Translations under genes and position numbers: made by a program
Part shown: positions 39,502 through 52,212 of the stretch, piece after piece
Position numbering within the stretch: position 1 is the stretch's first letter
Layout of the letters: each line of letters starts with the position of its first letter
DNA from: Tubulanus polymorphus
Lineage: Eukaryota > Animalia > Nemertea
Direction: 5' to 3'
DNA: 64,000 nt
Assembly: GCF_964204645.1 (NCBI RefSeq)
Contig: NC_134032.1
Span: forward strand, 6,808,275 to 6,872,274
Notes under the pieces: model-generated
What the model was told of the DNA's origin: nothing
The model's database searches: none
Seen by the model: only the letters and a program-made list of their open reading frames with translations

Positions 39502-40686
39502 TTTTTAGCCCACTTGGGACTTTAGTCCCGGCGGGCTATTGCGTTCACTTTTCGTCCGTCCGTCCGTCCGTTCGTCCGTCCGTAGACGGAATCCAGTTAT
39601 TTTGGGAAGTTTCTAAGACGCTTCTATGTAATGTCTTGATATTTGGGTTACACATGTATCTACCCTAGACACATCTTCAGCCCAAAAACTGGCCCTGTCA
39701 GAATCAAGATGGCCGACTGGCAGCCATTGTTGTTCGCCAAAATCAGCACTTTTTACACATTTTTGAACTTTTTGAGGGAAATTTTGAAGACGCTTTGATT
39801 AATTAGCTTGATCTTTCGGATATATGTAAATCCCCAAAGGGCCCATCAACATAACAAAAATTGGGTCGGTCGGACTCAAGATGGCCGTCCTATGACCTTT
39901 TTAGTGCCCAAAAATGTAAATTTTTGCCCGAATTCTGAGTCCTGTAGCTTCAATTATGACGCAATTGGCGGCCATCTTGGTGTCACCAGTACTCATTCGT
40001 AAATGGGAAAAAGTTTTTCCACATTATATTGATACCTAAGCGTATTTTGCTACCACACTCAATTAGAAAGTTGTAGCTCATAACTTGTTCTATCATTGTG
40101 GTGTGTTTCAAGGTAATTAGATTTCGTATATGGCCACCAGGGGGCGTTGAATAATACAATATCTTAGCATTTCTTTATTATATTCGTACCTATGCATATT
40201 TTGTAACCACAATCAATTGGAAAGTTGTAGCTCATGACATCATCTATGATTGTTGTGAGTTTTAAGGACATTAGTTTTTCTATATGGTCACCAGGGGGCG
40301 TTGAATAGTAGAATAACTTAGTTTATCCTTATTATATTGGTACCTAGGCATATTTTGTTACCATGATTAATTGCAAAGTTGTAGTTCATGACATGTTCTA
40401 TGATTGTGGTAAGTTTTGAGGTCATTGGGTTTTGAATATGGTCACCAGGGGGCGTTGAATAGTAGAATAACTTAGTATTTCCATATCAAATTGGTAACGA
40501 GGCATATTTTGTTATCACAATCAATTACAAAATCGTAGCTGCTGACATGTTCTATGATTTTGGTGAGTTTCAAGGTCATTAGTTTTTGTATATGGTTGCC
40601 AGGGGGCGTTGAATATTGAAATTGTTAGATTGTTGAGCATTTGGAACCACTTCCCAAGTGGGCATGGTGTCCCTGAACCCCTAGTT
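39502..40686 (+). mobile_element. HINE family A, complete copy (4 x 154-bp units)
   Basis: Both diagnostic ends, GTCC microsatellite and internal tandem array are present. Confidence 0.85.
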
Positions 40687-40995
40687 ATCTATAGGTATAT
40701 TCAAAATTCAATTCAATAAAATGATTATAATATTGGGTTCCATTATATGCTATTCACCTTCATAAATTTGTCCTTCATACTTGTACAAATTGCGCCGCAT
40801 GTCTCAGGAATAATTTCACCAATTGTAGTTGCACCTAGTCTGAACCCATATGACAAAGATTTGTACGATTCGCCCGCAAAGATATTTTGTATTAAGAATT
40901 TTTTTATTTGTATTTGCCATTTGTAAGTATGTTGTATTTCATGTTTAAATGTGATATGAGTTGTGTGCTACATGAATATATATAAAGTGTGAAAT

Positions 40996-41275
40996 TACTC
41001 AGTCAACATTTTTAGTCGGCCCAACGTCCAAATAAATTTGGCAAGATGGTCGGCCCTTAGTCGGTGTCGCAGTTGTCCCGCCGTTGGGCGTGCTCGTTGG
41101 GTAGTAGTCGGCCCGACTTCAGTTTTCGTCACTTTGCTGACATGATGCCAACGTTTTTCCGACTGCCTAATAGTATGTCCGTCAGTTCCCCGACCATTTG
41201 CCAACCTCACCCGACCCCTTTCTGACCAAACACCGTCCATATTTGTCGATTCCCTGACCGTTTGCCAACGTCATT
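40996..41275. mobile_element. EnSpm-like subterminal repeat fragment
   Basis: Repeated GTCGGCCC/CCAACGTC/CCGAC motifs in both orientations. No ORF support. Confidence 0.35.
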
Positions 41276-42695
41276 CAGGAACTATAATTAGTTTGAGGAA
41301 CCTCTTCCATAAGACACCTGAGACAACTATAGAGAATTACATGTACAACTTCTTTTCCTTTAGTAGCAAAACAAAAATCGATACATAATTTTAAACAGTT
41401 TTCATATATTTTGAGAAAAAGTTATTTTCTATAAAAGTAATAAAATAGAAATTTACTGTAGCCATTTTTCAGATTGATAACTAGCCGATCATATGATATT
41501 TATATAATATCAAATCGTTTGAAAAGCATTACTTCGATTGATAACAACGATTTTGAACAATCTTTAAGACGACATTATTAACAAATAAACATAGCAAGAT
41601 CTGTACGATTAATGCCTGAAAAATATGCACACATCATCTAAGTGTTTTTAGGCCAGCCGTAGGCTGAGCCTATTACTATACAAATGGAGTGAATTTAAAT
41701 GACATGGTTTCCAGAGTAAAGGCTCTTTTACTGTGCAACTGAGCATATGTTCATACAAATCATTCATTAGAGCATTATCCATTCTCCAAACTCTACGTAG
41801 CTGAATTTTGAAAGAGGGCCTTGTTAAAATTTATATGAACTTTTTCACGAATATCTGATCGCAAAATTATTGGTTTTGAAAAGCCTTCAGAAAGCAAAGA
41901 CTCCTATATGATTGGCTTAGCTGCAGAAATCAGCAGGTGTTCTGGTGAACTCGCGGTATCGTCTACCGTTTTACATCCAGGTTTTATTTTCAGATCTAAA
42001 TTTGTATTTAGATCTGAAAATAAAAGGTTTGGCCTCTAAATCTTCAGCTTTCGGTCGAGATTTGCAGGAAAACAACTTTCTACAGTTTCTGGGGTTGAGG
42101 AACAGCCCGGGCCCCAGCAGCAATGTCTGTCTGATGCTTTTTTGGAAAGTTTCTTTATTAACACTTTCTTCAGCAATTGGCTAAAAAGCGAAAAAGTAAT
42201 AAATTAAACTGGGCTGATATCTTAAGGTCATTAATACAGCGACCGCGCTCAATCCGGTTTCACTTAGTTCACAAATTGTCGGACTGATATGTAAGTACTG
42301 CCCTGGTATCCCAGCACTTGCTGTTGCCGGCTACATTGTGAAATAAGTCCCGCCATATCTAAATACGCACCCACCTAAAATAGAGTCTGTACACGGCCTG
42401 CTCTGATGTAAGTCCTTTGCGAAAGTAAAATGAAAAATTGTATGAGAAGAAACATGAGTTAATTTTATCGATATTATTTTCGAATAGAAATGTGTACATA
42501 CAAATCTTAGAAGTTATCTAAACAAATTTTGCAGTAAAAATAAGTAGAAATTAAATATAAAAATCTCTGCTTGAGACTAAATTTTAAACTAATATGTATG
42601 AAACTTTAAAAACAACGATAAAATACCTGAACCATCATATAATAATACTGTTGAATAATTACTTAATAATCAAATGCAATGGAAGATGATTGTTC

Positions 42696-43310
42696 TTAAT
42701 GCTGAGACAAATGGTTCATGGGTTCAATGGCCGAGTAATTGCTTAAAGTCAAAACACGTTTATTGTCATACCACGAACAAACAAACACTTTCCGATCAGT
42801 ACTGACGCGAGAATCCACAGCACCACGACCCATTCGTTTCATCTGTTTCTCCGAATTTATTGCACAGTCTCTAGACCGTTTTGGATTGAGTGTTGCAGTG
42901 GCGAAAATGCCATCTTTTCTCAAATGAAGCATCACTTCTGGTAATTAAAACAGGTTATCCATAAACACTTTGTGCCTATTCGATTCTAGGTGCCGTAGTA
43001 ATTGTAACAATACTTTCCGGATTCCCCTATGGCCTGGTCACACTGCACATCAGCAGCGAGCGAACCAGATAGGTGAAGGTTATATACGTAACCAGAAACA
43101 CCAGCCCGTGACCATAGTTTATAACCCCACTTAATGGGCTTCTTTGGCATATATACCTTGAGGTTGTCGGCCCTTGAAAGCGACCATCATTTCATCAACT
43201 GCTTGGTACATTTCCGGGTTTGAAATTGTCTTGAATCGTTTTGTTAGTCCGTCTACCAGAGGACGAACTTTTTGAGTTCTGTGATCAATGACATCAACTT
43301 TCACTGTTTT
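42696..43310 (-). pseudogene. piggyBac transposase fragment
   Basis: KVRPL..AVDEMMVAFKGR..YMPKKPIKWGYKLW, KVFMDN and WYDNKRVLTLSN, frameshifted. Confidence 0.85.
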
Positions 43311-44445
43311 AACAGATGAATTTGACTCCTGATCCCTTGTACAGTGCTGCCAACCCTCCCGAATTATTCGGAATCCTCCCGATTTGCGTGGAGAAATTCC
43401 GACGATACGATCGGGTATACAAAATTCCGATTTTTTTTTCCTTTTTTGGCGATGTTCAATTTTCCACCCGCCAGCGCGTTGTAACACAATATGATGAACA
43501 GATTTGAATAGGTGGGGAATTTATATGCACGCGCTCGGTGGATGAGTGCGTCGCTATATATACTGTGTACGTGGGTCAGGCGATAAACAGCGCATACTAG
43601 CGCGCGCGCGCGCGTGTGTGTATGAGAGTAGCTGTGTTATTGATTTTATCTACGCATGGCGCATGATTATTTCGTGGTAGGAGAGCAGCTTCTTAATTTG
43701 TTACAAGAATAAAAATAAAGTTCATTCGTTTTAAAATACTTTGTTTTAAATCATTCTTGTGAAAATTTCATGACATGTGGCAAAATGTGATTGTTATTAT
43801 CAAATTGCTCCGCATCGTTTCGGAGAAGAATCGGTTTACTGTGGTAATTAGCTTGTTTTCGCAGCGCGATGAGCATTCGAAGATCCGGGTTAGATTTCAA
43901 CGTGTGGACTCGTTATTTGTGGTTGAAATGTTTTGGTAAGCAATTGCTTTGTTAGTTTGAACCTTAATGTTGTCACTCTTGTATTAGTTTGATTTAAAAA
44001 GATAATTTAAGATGCTTTTGAGCAGTGCATCTCAAAGTAAACTTAGTTCGCATATTTGGCAGATGGCAGCATCATTGAGTTGCATGTAGATTTAGAGACT
44101 TTTTACTGTTTGTATCTTTCAGTTCTGTTCGTGGAGTCTTTTTGGGACAGTATCGTGGAATTGATGCTGGAAATTGATATATTCGCATGACAGCTGTATA
44201 GTGTTATGTAATTCGTTTGACAATTTATGCCAGTTTTATGTTCTTATTTTTTAGTCTATTGTATATTTTTGATAAACACTGTTGAATTTTATCTTTCATA
44301 AAATAATAAAGAAAAAATACATTCTGTAGAATTTGCAGATTTTTTATTTTGCTAATAGATAATTCCATATTTTCATATCCAGCTTTCATACATTACACGT
44401 GAAAGGTATTCCTAATTGAAAGCAAAATATTCCTACTTGGAAAAT

Positions 44446-46820
44446 TCACAATTTCTTCGGTTTCGATATATTCCTATTGAAACCTTCAATATTCCTAATT
44501 AATCTGCCATTCATCCCTAAATGGAATTTTGAAAGGTTGGCAGCCCTGCTTGTAGAATCATAATGACCGGATCCATAGCTATTGTATGCAATTATAACTA
44601 GTGTAGAACACAAGGAATGATCTGGAATGAATGGAATTACTTCGATAGCTTCCATTGAAGTGACAACAACAATAGGACAACTTATTATTTCACTTAATAT
44701 TTCACTTAAGGCAAGCATCACTACATCGCCAACCGCACCGGAGTAAACCCCACTAGTCCTAAATTCACTGACGGCTCTGGTTAGTCAGTTGGTTTCATAT
44801 TAAAGAATCCTGTGTACATATCAGTATTTTGCAGCAATCTATCGACAAATAGTTGTCGTAACATGTAAGTATTTGCATCAGAGTCATTACCAAGGTCAAC
44901 CGCATAAAGATGGTCATTAAAATCAATGTTGTTATGTTCATCTTCCTGAACTTTAAGTACCGTAACTGTAAAGCAACACTTCAAGCACAATCACCATCTG
45001 GTTTAACTGGTTCTCGAACTAGGTGCATTGTGGAGAGACGACGAGATAATACTTCTTGATGCTCTCTATTCTCAATTTCGTCAGTATGTGGTGTAGAGGT
45101 AGAGCAACGTAAAGGCTTCACCAGGTTTGTGTTATCCTTGAAGATTTGTTGCATAGGAAATAGTTGCCAAAAGGAAAATTTATCATCAATTCTAGATAAA
45201 GTATGATGCAGGAAGTAACTCTGGCTAAGCAAAATATCATATATACCAGGTATTTGAACAGTCAGAGTTTTCTTAACTGTGCTATCAACATCCAATGTGA
45301 TTCTTTCCATCTTAAAAGTTTTTTAACCATCCTTGATCAGGTGTTGCATTGTGTGTAGAATGTTTACCAACAAATCCGAAGCTTTCTGATGGAGGCGCTG
45401 ATGTTGTGATGTTGTCAGTACAACCCTCTACTAATTTCCTATACATAGAATTTCTTAGCTTTTCTACAACTTTGAAAGTTATAGGACGAGAAAACTTACC
45501 ATTATTTCAAATTCTACTGTTGTAGGCATAAAAGAATATGGCTAAAAGAGCAAATGCCATTTCTGGTGATAAACGCGTTGCAACAGATATTAATGACCTA
45601 TTCAGCAGCTTTATGAATATTTTCATTTCTGTTTGTGCCCTGGCCTACAGGAATGCCGCTCAAACAACCATTGTTTATGTGAATTCGTAAATTCTCTATT
45701 TCTTTGCACACATTAGGGTTCAAAAGATCTTCATCTGAATTTTTCCACTTTTTTAAGAATGCATCTGAATTTTTCAGAATTTCATCTGGCTGTGCTGTGT
45801 CCATTTCACGTTACTCAAATAGATCAGTTTGCTGACGGAAAACAAGGGAAAAATCAGCTCAGCAATGTGTACATGACTGCAAAAGGACATTTTTAGTTTG
45901 GCATAGCTTTTGTGACGCGCTGGATAGCATGGAAAAGGTCTAATTTCATGTTTATTCCAGGTCAAAAAACTGATTGCAGTTTTTCTTTCCAAGAACAGCA
46001 GTTATCAAATACTGCATGCGTAAGGCTCTGGCCAGCAGCACAAAGTCTATCTCTCAAATTCTCAAGCAGTGGTTTCACAACATTAAATGACTGCCTTTTA
46101 GTGAGGCTCCATGTAACTACTTCACCAAATTCATTCATGACAATAAATAAACTCTCATATTGGCTGACCCAAGCATTATCTATGTTCCTTACAATTCCAA
46201 TATTCTTTGAGACTTTAAAAGTGTGATCAAGCGATATTGATGATGCCAACAGTTTGTACATTTCATTGTCATAGAGAGGTTGTTTAATCAGAAAATCTGA
46301 TCTGAAAATATCCATGACAAAATCCTTACTTGGGCAGGTAAACCATGTATTTTCAAGCTCCAAACCTTCAACAGACGGATCCCATTGTTTTACAATTTCT
46401 AACTGCTTTTTATCATCGGTCAACATTTCAACATGGGATATATACTGGAGCCATTTTGTAGCATATTCTTCATAGTTAATTTCAGTAATTGCTTTGGTTA
46501 TCTCTAGGAAATTATTTCCTAGATTTATTTGTGAATTGATAAAGTTCCTGAGTGACAAGGTATATCCACTCCTGTGCAGTAAGATGAAAGGCACACAACC
46601 CGGGAATTGTTTCAAAATATCTGGATCAGTAGAAAGGAACCTGTGCTGGTTTCCTGGAGCTTTGCAGATATAATATCTGGAAACAAGTAAAATGTTTCCT
46701 TGCAAATCATAAATTAGACGCAGCTGTCGACCAGGCGTTGCTTTATCCATCCAAAAACCACCAACGAATTCACACCTATGGGTTGGGCATTGCAGTACTT
46801 TGTTAATAATTTGCCACAGG
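44446..46820 (-). pseudogene. Putative DDE transposase (Mutator-like DxxH group, superfamily uncertain) with a C-terminal OTU protease, decayed
   Basis: SLDHTFKV, IVMNEFGEV, FDNCC, KLDLFHAIQRV and HINNGCLSGIP..GTNRNENIH. The OTU motifs are VKPDGDCA ... YGSGHYDS. Confidence 0.6.
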
Positions 46821-49119
46821 CGAAGTGGTTTACCTTTCTACTATCTAGAAGAACGTACAATTATACATGTATTCATTTTGATTTCCACTTGCGTCGTGGC
46901 TGCTAGTTTTGGTTTAGACATGTCCAGAAAACTATAAGGGCTCTGGGAAGCATGACACAAAATTTGATATTGGCTGTGTTTTAGCAATTCTTTGTATTTA
47001 GCATGAAAATCCATGAAGCCAATTAAACAGTTCCAAAATTCTCACTTTAGGCCTACCAGCTCATTTTCTTCCTGATGAGTGTGGCAATATTTTCCTATAG
47101 GTTTAGATTTTGTTCAATGCTCTATCCAATCATTCCAGCCTTGTATGCAGAGAGGCCAAGATGATGAGACAGCACAAATACTCATCAGAAAGTGACAAAC
47201 AATGATTTATTGACTTTCTGAAATTGCCATATAATATATTTTTAGAACAAATGAACGTTGAATATTTTATCATACGGGAGTCTCCTACAATTTTGAGGTC
47301 TCTGAAAAATTTGAAGCTCAAACATTCTGAACTAAATATTTTCTGAAAATAGATCAAAATTTAGTTTAAAAACAGAAAATGTCAAAACTTTATTGGAAAA
47401 TAACTGTTTTTAAAACGGTAAATTTCCCGTTCTAGATCTAAAAACCTTTTGAGTATGTGGAATTAAGTGGACACCTTCCACTGCTTTGCTTACCCAGATA
47501 CCGTTATGTATAGTACCTAAATATACATTATTGTTATGGTTTTACGTCAAGAAACAGCGATTTTAGCAGACCTTGACTAAGTTATATAATATTTTAAGGT
47601 TACCTTAAAATATTAATGTAAGTATCCATCGACGAAGTATCTAACAAAATTAAAAGAGGAGCACACTTATTTATAGTTGCCACAGAAATAGTTCAAATGA
47701 TTATCCACGACAATAAAGCGTTCCTAATAAAGCTTATTTCAATTAAAAACTTCTTAATTAGGAACAGACAGCGTATGACAGTATTTATAATACGCGCTAG
47801 GAGAGCGCAGTATTGCAATGTGAAAACAGAGTATACATACACTTTGCCATGCACTGCGGTGTGTATGTACGAACGTTAGATATATGGATTTACGTAGTGC
47901 GCGGATTTTAACGTCTATGCGCTGTTACGTGAAGAATGCCAATATACCCCAAAAACATCGGCAAACACACTTATTAGCCTACGGCAATAGCAAATGAAAA
48001 AGCACACACAACTGTGTGGAACCAATTAATTCTCATTTGAACAGAAATGATGCCAAACATTTGTCGACTGCCTCTCTCCATAAACGCAGGCTCTTAGACT
48101 GGCGCCATTGTCTATTACTCTTTCAAAGAAAGAATGTATTTTGTACGAGTCGGTCAAAATAAGACAATGACAAGACAAAGCCAGGCTAGGACTATAGAAA
48201 TTGCCACACTTACTAAGTTCGAGATACTAAATTAGATAGCCGACTCTTATAATCCTCACAACCAAACAGCGAACTAAGCTCGGCACAAATTTAAAATGAA
48301 TTGCTCGCCATTTTGTGACTCCCAAAATTACGTCAGAGGTGCAGTAATTCCCGGAAATTCTGAGAATTTCCCGTATTCACGTCGGAAACTCAAATATAGG
48401 TCAACACAAGTAACTTATAGAAAGCGAAGAATTTTCGATATTTTTCGCGTTTTTCTAGAAAAATATTGCATCAAGACAACCCCGTAAGTATTACCACTAA
48501 ATTTTGTGCGGCGATTTAACATACTCTTGGCAGACTGCCAACCAACAGCCATAACATAGGTAAGCCAGAATATCACATTTAGGCATGAAGAACATTTCAC
48601 TGGTACAGTCTGCTTGGATTCTGGGCTGTATTATTAGCAAACTACCCTCAGGTTTCGTCACAAAGATTTGCATCTGATCTCTAATGTTTTGTTCAGTCTC
48701 TCGCTATGTTAACTGCCCAAATATTTCTTGAACATAGTACACAAATGGCGCAAATCAGCTGCCAGGCAAGTTTTATTTCCATTCTAAAAATAAAACCCAT
48801 AAAAAGATTGATTCTTGTGTTGTTATTTATAGTAATTACACAGCAATGAAGCTTCAACACCAAAGGTATAGGTTAGTTTTTTCATAAACAAATATGGCCA
48901 CCAGTCAGCCATCTTGGTTTTGTCTTTGACTAATATTAACAACATTTGTATGTTATCAACAGATTTATAGCTCGGTTCCTTAATAATGGTTTAAAGGGGC
49001 CAACTTGTATCTCGCAAATACACTATATCTTGTTCAGACCCCAGATATCACGGAAATAATTGAAAGTCGAATGAAGTTAAATTTCACAAAATCTATCAAT
49101 GTTCTGGTGTTGATTATGT

Positions 49120-49172
49120 CATAGGGGTCCAGGGACACCATGTCCATTTAAAAAGTGGTTTGAAATGCTTAA
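49120..49172 (-). mobile_element. HINE family A, 3'-end fragment
   Basis: TAGGGGTCCAGGGACACCATG..AAGTGGTTTGAAATGCT. Confidence 0.6.
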
Positions 49173-49197
49173 AAATCTGAATTTCCCTTATGAAAAT

Positions 49198-49345
49198 AAA
49201 GTTCACTTTAAAAGTGCACTTTAAAAAAAGTGCACTTCCCATAAAGTGCACTTTATGGGAAAGTGCACTTTTAGTGTAGAAAAAGTGCACTTTTATTAAA
49301 ATGAACTGGGTAGTGTACTTTCTCATCCATGTGCACTTCTCCGCA
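49198..49345. repeat. Short array of the palindromic motif AAAGTGCACTTT
   Basis: About 8 copies of (A)AGTGCACTT. Confidence 0.75.
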
Positions 49346-49620
49346 CAGAAAGTGTCCTGAAAACCTCCAAAAAAAAGAAGAAATTTCATTTATGTTCAAT
49401 TATTATTCGGTCTTATCAGCTACAGTTTTATTCCGACTTTTTAGATTATTTAGTTTTTTCCTCATTGCCCCACGAATACTGCTCTTTTCTTCACTTGGAA
49501 ATTGTGATTTTACATAATCTGAAATAACAAACAAGACATTGGATACAAATAATGGTACAAAATGCATGCCATCATTAGGGTTTCTGCTGCTTTCGCAGAA
49601 ACCCTCTTGTAATTCTGTTG

Positions 49621-49659
<39 letters not shown>

Positions 49660-50814
49660 TTTCCCCTTTCCAGCCAAAAATTTTTCATAAAATGTAACTC
49701 CTCTCAGATTCGACTACTAGCAGCTTATAAACCTAATTTTCAATTATGAAAGAAATATAACTCAGCGCCTGACCATTTCCAATTTGCGTATTATAATTGA
49801 TTATGAATTAATCCCGCGTAATTATTTGGTCTAAACAGGAAATAAGAATGTCGCAAGAATCATCATCCATTGATAAATGTACATCGTGAAAAGCCTGCAA
49901 ATTACCCGACGACCTTGAGCTTCAAAATAAATCACGGATTCGGATTTATAAATCGGGGTTCGACCTACGACATCCATTCAATGTTTTCAGATTTCGTGCG
50001 CATGCGTCAATTTAGCTCGGACGCCATTTTCTTTATTTTACAACGTGCGACGCCACTCTACGTTACTTGCATTTTTACGACTTTGTTGTGTGTTTCTGTG
50101 ACCAATCTTCAGAGAGGTATGTATATATAACGGTTAGGCCTAATATGATGTATTTTTCCACGTAATCTGACGACTGGTATTAAAAGCCGACCGGAATTCG
50201 TCTTGATCCGCGCGTTGTGGTAGCAGTCGGGTCTGGTTGGTGTGAGATCGATATCGAATCCCGCATGACTTACGCATAGAAGTAGCTTTTAAAAGGCCAA
50301 ATTTGGGCTAGGTGTTAAGGTTGACCCAATGCGTATGATTTAATAATAGTGTTTGTGGTATGGGTAGAAAATATTTAGGCCTATATAGACAGCAGCTTAA
50401 ATATTGAATAATGGGATTTGAACTGCACTAGTGTGTGTGTGTCTGTGTGCGAGAGCAGGGAGCACTCCATCTCCCTGACCCTGTGACTTATGATTAAGCC
50501 ACCCGATTCTGCTGAATGCGAACAAGTCATCAGGTTTTCGTGAATGTGAATAAATACTATAAGAAGGGACTGCCAATTTTAATGAACACAGAAATATCTT
50601 AATTGAAATCGTATGTCAGCTAATTTCAAATTGAAGGCCTATTATACATAAATTACAGTACACTCCGCCCACTCATGTCAGACCATTTGGGAGTGTAAAA
50701 ATGTATCCTGCTTTCTGGATCTGATTCAAGCTTAAGTCTACTGTTTGTATATTCAATCTACCTAGGCCCATAGGCCTAATTGTGCCTGCCTAATTATTGG
50801 GGAAATCGACAATG

Positions 50815-51603
50815 TCAGGTTCTTGAATTTCTCGACTGATGGCGCTAGTTAGAACTGGATATTGGTACCTAAATCTGCCATGTTCTAGTTTATTTGCAAT
50901 AAAAATCTGGCCTCTCAATTTTTTAGTAGGCAGTAGTTATTTTACTGGATCTGGTCACTGACTTCTGAACGCTATTTTGCAAAATATTGTCTCTAAATTG
51001 GCTGATTTACTACGCACATGCGCAAAGAGGTGCGCGGCTTAGATAATTGGAAGGAAGTGTGGAGAACAGAGTTTACCCGGACCAGTGAATTACTAGCCTA
51101 GTGTCTTCCTATTAGATCACAGAGCTCATTGAAAACCATCCGAATGTTTTAGCTACATTTAGCCTCACCTAACCCTAACCCTATCCCTACTTGTGAAATC
51201 GAACCCTGTGGACCCTCTTCTCACCCTCTTGACACTAACCCTATCCAAACCCTTACCCTAAACCCAATAAAATGATTTAATTGTTACATAATAAATGGAT
51301 TTGGCAAAATAGCGTTCAGAAGTCGGTGACCGGATCCAGGTTAAATATGCACTTCCTTTTTAGTAAGTGTATTTTACGTACATACATCATCACGTTTAAT
51401 CCTTTAAGTATGATATCCTGGAAATCTGTTAGATTGGACAAAACGTCAAAAATTTTCCAAAAATCACAAATTTAGTGAAAAAAAATGCTCATTAAAAACT
51501 TGAAGCGAGAGATCTTTATTGCAAATCAACAAAACAAGGTGGATTTAGGTTCCAATTTCCGGTTCTGACTAGTGCCATCATACGAGTAATTCCAGAACTT
51601 GAA
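50815..51603. mobile_element. Older foldback element with diverged ~115-bp inverted arms
   Basis: 50815-50932 aligns to the reverse complement of ~51486-51603 (e.g. TGATGGCGCTAGTTAGAAC versus GTTCTGACTAGTGCCATCA). Confidence 0.6.
50945..51339. mobile_element. MITE with 36-bp TIRs and an internal CCCTAA-like tract
   Basis: CTGGATCTGGTCACTGACTTCTGAACGCTATTTTGC versus GCAAAATAGCGTTCAGAAGTCGGTGACCGGATCCAG (2 mismatches). CCTAACCCTAACCCTA lies at ~51168-51184. Confidence 0.75.
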
Positions 51604-52212
51604 TTTGTTGATATTTGTATTGGCATCATTCCTTTTCTAAAACGGAACCTGACGACCAATTATTCAATTTCCTATTTATTTATTTTTTTAAACAAGACTC
51701 ATCATGCAGGTATTCCCCGCAACAACAGGTTTCAGAGGGAAGACCACCCTTTTATTTTTGTTTCAACCCATCTTAAAATGAGCCACCAATCGGTAATCGG
51801 GCGAACCATAATAGTGTTCACTGCCTGTTTTAATACTCGTCGTTGCACATTTGTTCAGGATACTACGTCTAGCCTATGTGGGTTATAGGGTTTATTCCAA
51901 AAGTTTGCAAACAAAATCCAGTTAATTTGTTTAGTTTTGGAGACATTTTTGATGCATTGTTTTCAACACATTTTATTCAATTTTCTTCCAATCTTGCCAT
52001 CAACCAAACCCAGCGGAGCTATCACAGCTGACAGGCTGCTTGTTCAACACACCATACCTATTTGTAGCAGGTGTCACCTATTGTTTCGAAATTTTAGAGA
52101 AAGTTCCTACAGGCTGATTAATAATGCTGTGATAATGTTTCTTTTGTGATAGGTCACATACTTGATACTTGTTGATACTTGAAATAGGATATTGATCAGT
52201 ACATTACTCATC

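Noticed and set aside
43500-44300. Possible solo LTR (CG/TG microsatellite, AATAAA)
   Set aside because: No TG..CA boundaries with TSD, no PBS or PPT, and no second copy.
50205-50270. tRNA or tRNA-SINE-like boxes (also ~33490 and ~51195)
   Set aside because: Only B-box-like fragments. I could not build a cloverleaf or find a SINE body.
51165-51270. Interstitial telomere or chromosome-fusion scar
   Set aside because: Only a few degenerate CCCTAA units, enclosed by MITE TIRs.
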